This document shows, piece by piece, positions 24,846-33,152 of a stretch of DNA of 33,152 bases. Each line of letters begins with the position of its first letter. Position 1 is the stretch's first letter. The notes beneath the pieces are model-generated. The model was not told where the DNA came from, did no database searches, and saw nothing but the letters and a program-made list of their open reading frames with translations. Both the position numbers and the translations under genes were made by a program. Source of the DNA: Welwitschia mirabilis (Eukaryota); contig JBOZIK010000001.1 in assembly GCA_051453625.1 (NCBI GenBank), forward strand, positions 8,757,198 to 8,790,349. The letters run 5' to 3'.

Positions 24846-25210
24846 AGGTTTCTTGGAATCTGAGGGTTATCATTGCTTAGGTGAGTGCTTTGGATTTTAG
24901 TTTGGATATTTACCTACAGTAATACTATATTTTTATAGTAGAAATGTAGGTTTTTATTCTAAAATAAATGCCCTATCGTCTGCTCCATCGTCTGGATGAC
25001 GTGGAGTAACGATGGCCTGTGTGCCTTAGGTTTTTCACTTTTCTTAGGAATTAGGATTTTTCTATTGCTCCCTTTATTATCCAAATGTCTTAGATGGATC
25101 ATAGTCTAATTTCTATGTTTTTTATTTTGTGATTTTATTTTCTGCATTTTTTGTTTATGGTTTTTTTCTGTGTTCTGTCATCTAGATATATCGTCTATAT
25201 GATAATAGAA

Positions 25211-26839
25211 ATGGTGCATACTAAAACTAGAATTGAGCATGCTGGGATATAGTAAATTCTAGTAAAAAGGAAAAATATCAAATAGAGTGACTATTCATTG
25301 AAGAAAACATCCAAGAAGGTTTAATTGACTACAAACTTAACCCCAATACACCCACCCTAGGTATGCAAAATACTTCAAAAATTCAGTAAGAAGAAATTTT
25401 TGCATTTATTATTTCAAAATCTATTTTTTTTAAAAAAAATTAGAAGATAATTTAGAATAAAATCATTTTATTACTATCTCAAATTCGTCATAAAAACAAA
25501 ATCAGGTTTCTTTGTCTAATCCCCCTATAGTTATTGGAACCTCTACTCCTACACGCGTAAATTCTAATGCTAATGTAATCCTTAAAGAACTTATAGTAAA
25601 TATGATATGTGAGATTCAAATCCCTTTTAACCTACCTTCTGGTGATGATGTTGAATTAATAAATTTAAATGCTTATTATATTTTTAATAGAGAAAATGAT
25701 AAAGGTTCCCTATAAAATATAGCCAACATTAAACAATTAGTACTCACTTCCAGAAATAGTAAAAAATGAATTAGTGATCATACTTATATAGTTATTTTTC
25801 CCATCACCTTAAAAGGAAACGTTAAACCATAGTTCAGAACTATTCCACATAAAAGTTTAAAAACATGGAATCAAGTTCAAGAAGCATTTATAAAGAGATT
25901 TATGAGTGAAACAACCATAAAAACAAAAAAGAAAGAAGTAACTAACTTCCAACAACAACCTAACAAATATTATGCCTCCACTTATAAGTGATTTTTTTTT
26001 ACCTTACATTCTAATCCTATAGATTCTTTTTCTTAGGAAGAATTAAGAGATTACTTTTATAGTGAACTTAATAGCCAAACAAAGCAACTTGTTGATTTTT
26101 CGTGTGAAGGAAACTTAATGAATCTCACATTATAGAATGCAAAGAGAGTGTGAAAAGAATTAGTAAAAGTAAGTCAGACATGGATTAAACCCTCACCTAA
26201 AAGAAATCATATAATAGACCAAATTATAAAGGATCTTAAAGAAGTTAAACAAGAAAAGGAGGAAGTAAAAATAGAGAAAGAACCAATAAGTGTCATTAAT
26301 GATTTCAGTACAACACTACACTTGAATGATCTTAGATGCAAAGGTGATAATAGAAAAGATTGTTGTTTTGGTTTCAACTTGTGATTTGTATAAAGACAAC
26401 TACCATTTAATAAAAGATTGTCCTTTATTACTTACTTATAAAGAAAAAATTTATGAAGAGATGTATGCATTTAATCAAAAGTCTTTAAAATTTAAAATAC
26501 AAAATCAAAATTAATTTCATCCTAAGATGAATGAACAATCAAATTTTCAATCTTTTGGAAACAAATTTAAGAACTTGCAAGCCAACCATCCAAATTTTCA
26601 ACCATTCTTAAATAGATTTAAGAATACTAACATTTAAATAAACAACTCAAACTTTCAACCAAAAAACTCAACTTGTTAAGCAAGCATATTAAACTCACAA
26701 AACCAAAATGATCCACTTAGAAATTTCATTAATGATTTAAGAAAATCTTAAGAGAATACAAATTCAAATATTAAAAATATTGTTAATGTTCTTTAACAAA
26801 CTATACTTTCTAATCAAAGACTATATGGATCACTTGTTA
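25211..26839 (+). pseudogene. gag: Retrotransposon gag pseudogene
   Basis: FPITLKGNVKP*FRTIPHKSLKTWNQVQEAFIKRFMSETTIKTKKKEVTNFQQ from 25797 (Retrotrans_gag pattern). Decayed CCHC knuckle C-DL-Y-KDNY-H-LIKD-C at 26380-26421. The start (MVHTKTR, 25211) is tentative. Confidence 0.85.
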
Positions 26840-27488
26840 NNNNNNNNNNNNNNNNNNNNNNNNNNNNNNNNNNNNNNNNNNNNNNNNNNNNNNNNNNNNN
26901 NNNNNNNNNNNNNNNNNNNNNNNNNNNNNNNNNNNNNNNNNNNNNNNNNNNNNNNNNNNNNNNNNNNNNNNNNNNNNNNNNNNNNNNNNNNNNNNNNNNN
27001 NNNNNNNNNNNNNNNNNNNNNNNNNNNNNNNNNNNNNNNNNNNNNNNNNNNNNNNNNNNNNNNNNNNNNNNNNNNNNNNNNNNNNNNNNNNNNNNNNNNN
27101 NNNNNNNNNNNNNNNNNNNNNNNNNNNNNNNNNNNNNNNNNNNNNNNNNNNNNNNNNNNNNNNNNNNNNNNNNNNNNNNNNNNNNNNNNNNNNNNNNNNN
27201 NNNNNNNNNNNNNNNNNNNNNNNNNNNNNNNNNNNNNNNNNNNNNNNNNNNNNNNNNNNNNNNNNNNNNNNNNNNNNNNNNNNNNNNNNNNNNNNNNNNN
27301 NNNNNNNNNNNNNNNNNNNNNNNNNNNNNNNNNNNNNNNNNNNNNNNNNNNNNNNNNNNNNNNNNNNNNNNNNNNNNNNNNNNNNNNNNNNNNNNNNNNN
27401 NNNNNNNNNNNNNNNNNNNNNNNNNNNNNNNNNNNNNNNNNNNNNNNNNNNNNNNNNNNNNNNNNNNNNNNNNNNNNNNNNNNNNNNN

Positions 27489-29532
27489 GATAAGAAACTT
27501 GCGACCCATTGTCTTAATAGATTAAATACTAATCCTAAATTTGATAAACATCTTAAAATCTTAATGCAAAATAAACCTACCATTTTGAAAAATTTTATAA
27601 GAGAATCCTAAATGTTTTAAGTTACCAAAATATCTGATTAGGAGAAAACAAAAATAAACTATACTTAGTAAAGTCTTATTAGCACAATCTATAACCAACT
27701 CAGTCTTGTGAAATAATCCAAAGTTTAAGGATCCAATGGTAGCAATGATTAATGTTATTTTATAAGGGAATAAAGAAATTAAGAAAGCTTTAATAGATAT
27801 AGGATCAAGTGTTAATATTATGCCTTTGCACATTTTTCAACGACTTGAGTTGGAAAGTAGAATTAAACCTACAAAGATTATCTTAGAATTAGCAGATACA
27901 TCAATAAAAAAACCTTTAGGAGTAATCAAATATTTAGTAATTCAAATAGAAGAAGCATTCTATTCTATAGATATTGTNNNNNNNNNNNNNNNNNNNNNNN
28001 NNNNNNNNNNNNNNNNNNNNNNNNNNNNNNNNNNNNNNNNNNNNNNNNNNNNNNNNNNNNNNNNNNNNNNNNNNNNNNNNNNNNNNNNNNNNNNNNNNNN
28101 NNNNNNNNTTAAAGTATTTGACACTGCTAAAAAGGACTTAGGTAATGAATTTAATGTTGAATAAGAAATTAAACCTAGTTTATTTTTATAACATTATCTA
28201 CTTGAGGAAAGATGGTCAATTCTCCATGATCTAATCTTATTTAATGATCAATTAGAAGTACAAAACTTGAAAGCTTTTAATGATGATCAACTTAATTATG
28301 AGCATTTAGGAACTGACTATTTTGATTAAGAAAGTAGAAAAACTAAAACTACAAACTTTGCAAAAGTTCAAAATCTAAATAAAATTAAGATTTCTTATTT
28401 TGAGGGAGGTCATCCACTTTTACCATCTAGACAATAGTCAATTTTGATAAAAATTTAATTAAAAACAAAAATCTAAATTTAAATCTGAAACCTTTACCCA
28501 GTGAACTAAAATATATCTTCCTGTGTGATGATCCTAATAAATCTTTAATAATAAATAAGAATATTTCCCCTTTATAAGAGTTGGTTTTAATTTTACTTTT
28601 GAAATATAAGGTTAATGTGCTTACTTCATCTCATAAAGATTTAATAGCCATTCTTACCTCTATTATTCAACATAAAATTTACCTTGAGGATAATGCAAAA
28701 CCTATTAAGAAACTTTAAAATAGACTAAATCTAACCCTTCAATAAGTTGCAAAAGATGAAATCATTAAATTAATGGATGCTATAATTTTTTATGCTATAG
28801 TTGATAAGGAGTGGGTTAGCTCATTAATAGTAGTGCCTAAGAAAGATGGGAAGTGGAGAATGTGTATTGACTTTAGAAAACTAAATGAAGTAATCAAGAA
28901 AGATCATTGTCCTTTACCTTTTCTTGATTAAATACTTGATAGAATCTAAGGACATGCTTTTTATTATTTTCTTGATTGGTATAATGGTTACAATCATGTT
29001 TTTATTACTAATGATGATTAGGATAAAACTACTTTTATTTCATCCTTTGGAACTTATACTTTTAGACATATGCCTTTTGGACTTTGTAATACTCTTGGTA
29101 CTTTTCAACGTGTAATGATGGATATTTTGTCTGATATGTTAGAGGATTAAATAAAAATTTTTATGAATGACTTCTCAATCTATGATGAAATCTTGAACAA
29201 ATCTTAAAAATATTAGAGAAATTCATTGATAGATGCATTACTAGTGATCTACATTTAAGTTGAAAGAAAAGTTTCCTTTTAGTTGATAGTGGAATGGTCT
29301 TAAGTCACCATATTTCTAATAAAAGAATTAGAATGGACCATAAAAAGTTAGTATCATTAAAAATATAACTCCTTCAACTAATGTAAAACAATTTCGACCT
29401 TTCATTAGTCATTGTAGTTTTTATCATCTTTTATTCAAGATTATGTAAAAATTTGTAAACCTCTTCACTCATTACTTGAAAAAGAAGATAAATTTGATTG
29501 GAATGAATCTTGTTAGTTTGCTTTCAATACAC
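27489..29532 (+). pseudogene. pol: pol pseudogene: aspartic protease and reverse transcriptase
   Basis: Protease KALIDIGSSVNIMPL (D at 27796) and ILELADTSIKKPLGVI. RT reads QHKIYLEDNAKP...WVSSLIVVPKKDGKWRMCIDFRKLN...DHCPLPFLD...FLDWYNGYNH...DKTTF...MPFGLCN...FMNDFS, with the catalytic YxDD equivalent mutated (29160-29171). Confidence 0.95.
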
Positions 29533-30240
29533 NNNNNNNNNNNNNNNNNNNNNNNNNNNNNNNNNNNNNNNNNNNNNNNNNNNNNNNNNNNNNNNNNNNN
29601 NNNNNNNNNNNNNNNNNNNNNNNNNNNNNNNNNNNNNNNNNNNNNNNNNNNNNNNNNNNNNNNNNNNNNNNNNNNNNNNNNNNNNNNNNNNNNNNNNNNN
29701 NNNNNNNNNNNNNNNNNNNNNNNNNNNNNNNNNNNNNNNNNNNNNNNNNNNNNNNNNNNNNNNNNNNNNNNNNNNNNNNNNNNNNNNNNNNNNNNNNNNN
29801 NNNNNNNNNNNNNNNNNNNNNNNNNNNNNNNNNNNNNNNNNNNNNNNNNNNNNNNNNNNNNNNNNNNNNNNNNNNNNNNNNNNNNNNNNNNNNNNNNNNN
29901 NNNNNNNNNNNNNNNNNNNNNNNNNNNNNNNNNNNNNNNNNNNNNNNNNNNNNNNNNNNNNNNNNNNNNNNNNNNNNNNNNNNNNNNNNNNNNNNNNNNN
30001 NNNNNNNNNNNNNNNNNNNNNNNNNNNNNNNNNNNNNNNNNNNNNNNNNNNNNNNNNNNNNNNNNNNNNNNNNNNNNNNNNNNNNNNNNNNNNNNNNNNN
30101 NNNNNNNNNNNNNNNNNNNNNNNNNNNNNNNNNNNNNNNNNNNNNNNNNNNNNNNNNNNNNNNNNNNNNNNNNNNNNNNNNNNNNNNNNNNNNNNNNNNN
30201 NNNNNNNNNNNNNNNNNNNNNNNNNNNNNNNNNNNNNNNN

Positions 30241-33152
30241 GTTCTTAAAAACATAAACTATGAGATCCATTCAAGTAAAATAAGAAATGCAATATGAAAT
30301 GAAATGGAAAAGTAATGAAAATCTACTACTAACCAAGGTTAACCTTAACAAATGATCTAGATAAATCACAGAGTTATCACAAATAACTATGATCAACATA
30401 AACCATAAGGGACATTCACAGAATTGGAATGGAAAGAGAAATTGTATTAATTCAACGAGTATTTAGAACATAATGTCCACTTATAATAGAATAATAGCAC
30501 CTTAATAAAAGAGACTCATCCTAACACTAAGAAGACTCCTTTCTGTGGCTTTGGATGGATCTCTTGCCCTTCAATCCTCTGTCATAAGTATCGAGTACAA
30601 AAGATGGCCTAGAAATCAAGGAGGAGAAGGGTATTTATAGTTTTTTATTTGAGGTTCTAGAAGCAAAACCATAAAGGTGGGAAACATAAACCCTAGCAAT
30701 TCACATGGGTCACTTGACCCTATTTACAAAGATATTTCTTTCAAACATGCAAAAATAGCTGTCNNNNNNNNNNNNNNNNNNNNNNNNNNNNNNNNNNNNN
30801 NNNNNNNNNNNNNNNNNNNNNNNNNNNNNNNNNNNNNNNNNNNNNNNNNNNNNNNNNNNNNNNATGGGTCACTTGACCCTATTTACAAAGATATTTTTTC
30901 CAAACATGCAAAAATAGCTATCGTCTCGCCTATCGTTAGGATGACATAGGAGATGATACCATGTGCCACCTGTCCCCATGTGCTCCATGTGCTACTATCA
31001 GCCCTGCAGCTTTTCTGTCCATGTTAGTAGTTTCGTCGTCCTACCTGTCATGGGGATAACATAGGGGATAACGCCATGTGCTACATGTCTCCATGTGCTT
31101 CATGTACTACTATTAGCCCTGTAACCTCTATTCATGTTAGAAGTGTTGTCGTCCTAGATGTCATGGGGAAGATGCAGGGGATGATGTTTTTTGTTTTTTC
31201 TAATCTCAAAGGTAAGTCAGTCTTTTGCATCATAAAGTCCTTCTTCCAAATATGTAGTATTAGAATAGGCCTAAGATATTACCAAAAATGCTAAGGATCA
31301 CATGTTTTACTGATCATCTTATCAGATCTCCATAGTCATCAGTATTACATCAAAACTTGTGTGAATGTCCTGCAAAAGTACTCAAAGTATACTATCAAAT
31401 TCCTATAAATTGGCATCACAACATAGCTTCTTACTTAGCCTTTTATTCTCTAACAAAGTAAGTGATCAACTAGATTACAAGCCGATTTGACTAAGATAAA
31501 AACAGTACTTGAAAGGATGTAAATTGAGTTCATAAAATCATATAAGAAAATGATATCATCAATAGGTAATTGATATAAATGCAATAGAATTTTCCCAAGC
31601 CCCCTACTTAACCATGCTACTATAGAATAAATAAATGCTATACACATATAAAAATCATAAAAATATAACTTTAATGGCTTATGAAATCAAATTGTGTATG
31701 CATATTACAGAAACAGTGATAATGGACTATCTTGACAGGCTCAACTAGTGCTATTTTCCAGAACATGATGTCTTTAAATTAATTAGTGTCATCAAAAAGG
31801 CAAAGGATAAAAGTAGATATAGCACAATTTAGATGATCTAAAAACATGACTATGGAAAAACATGTGAGTGTACTGCTAGATCCTGCAAGATAAAGTTTAT
31901 GAATTCTCCAAAAATTTATTCAAATAACATGAAAAACTCATCTAAACAACCCATCATACAGTTAGATCATGAAAGCTCAGAAATTAAAAAATTTGTGCTG
32001 ATAAGTATAGATTAATGTCCATAAAGATTACCTACCCCNNNNNNNNNNNNNNNNNNNNNNNNNNNNNNNNNNNNNNNNNNNNNNNNNNNNNNNNNNNNNN
32101 NNNNNNNNNNNNNNNNNNNNNNNNNNNNNNNNNNNNNNAGCACAATTTAGATGATCTAAAAACATGACTATGGAAAAACATGTAAGTGTACTGCTAGATC
32201 CTGCAAGATAAAGTTTATGAATTCTCCAAAAATTTATTCAAATAACATAAAAAACTCATCTAAACAACCCATCATACATTTAGATCATGAAAGCTCAAAA
32301 ATTAAAAAATTTGTGCTGATAAGTATAGATTAATGTCCATAAAGATTTCCTACCCCCCTTTCCCCCTCCCAACACAAGAGAAGTAAGATGTCCTGAATTG
32401 CACTAGGAATAGAAGAGGAATGTCNNNNNNNNNNTCATCCCCTCTATCATCGAAATAATAAACATGAGACAATAGTCATCAAAGCAATTATTTGGAGAGG
32501 AAGATGAAGCCAGAAAACTAGAAAACAACAGAAATAAGATAGCAAACAGGGAAAAAATGAAGAAACATCCTGAAAAGGAACCGCATTATGGAGAAGGGAA
32601 ATGTGAGAATAGAGGAAAATGCACTAAATAAAAAGAAGTAATGCTCAAAGATGCCTAAAATGTGCCCAAACTCATGGAAAACTAGAACTCATCAGATCAT
32701 ACAAACCTGTCAGAAAGAAACAATAATCCTCTAAAAAAATTATGGATAAATAATAAGAAACNNNNNNNNNNNNNNNNNNNNNNNNNNNNNNNNNNNNNNN
32801 NNNNNNNNNNNNNNNNNNNNNNNNNNNNNNNNNNNNNNNNNNNNNNNNNNATGAAAATAGACAACTAGGAACATGAAGAAGATGGCTTTCTTACCCTAAA
32901 TGCTAACCTAACAAATTCCCTTAGCAACAAGCATAAAATCACTTGAGAATGATGCATGACATAATGTAAAAATTCATAAATTTTCAATTGAATAGGCAAT
33001 GATTATGATGATGTCAGGTATGCTAATGTTATCAAACTATAAATGATAAGATAAAAAGTTGTTTAAAAAGGAACTTACAAGCTACCATATCAAAACCAAT
33101 ACTAGAATCTACAAAGTAAAGTAATCATGTAAAAGTACTAGAAATAAATTAA
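30241..33152 (-). mobile_element. 3' internal region, PPT and 3' LTR (family A) on the minus strand
   Basis: Minus-strand GCTAAGTAAGAAGCTA|TGTTGTGATGCC (LTR start 31423) matches GCTAGGTGGGGAGCTA|TGTTATGATCCC at 2249-2276. It has CTATAAATACCC at ~30629-30640 and LTR similarity continuing into the gap ending at 30240. Confidence 0.75.

Larger units (their letters stand above)
23404..29532 (+). mobile_element. Degenerate Ty3/gypsy (Athila-like) LTR retrotransposon: 5' LTR, PBS, gag, protease, RT; runs into a gap
   Basis: LTR TGTTATG(23404)...TACAACA(24824), then PBS, gag, PR and RT in gypsy order. Many stops and frameshifts. Confidence 0.92.

Noticed and set aside
26780..30297. Long 230-270 aa ORFs in the track
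   Set aside because: They consist almost entirely of N-gap codons.

Overview
This is an AT-rich, gap-riddled draft-assembly window from a land-plant nuclear genome, possibly a non-angiosperm (weak inference from the RT sequence). It contains no intact recognisable protein-coding gene. Most of it is a nest of decayed Ty3/gypsy (Athila-like, non-chromovirus) LTR retrotransposons. These include an LTR-PBS-gag-PR-RT element at ~23.4-29.5 kb (+), two more LTRs of the same family (2265-3073 +, 30241-31423 -), a gag-PR fragment cut just before the protease active site (1-455), another PPT+LTR (5.2-6.7 kb), a decayed extra ORF (7.8-8.45 kb) and a ~600-bp tandem duplication of an LTR-end/PBS unit (14.2-15.4 kb). 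The one non-repeat-like stretch is a CpG-retaining island at ~8.8-11.6 kb. It has a tRNA-like Pol III cassette on its left edge, a cluster of ABRE/G-box motifs inside, and a probable decayed Helitron 3' end to its right. Several duplications flanking 100-N gaps are assembly artefacts. I found no convincing novel system; the island and the pol-less retroelement are the best leads.
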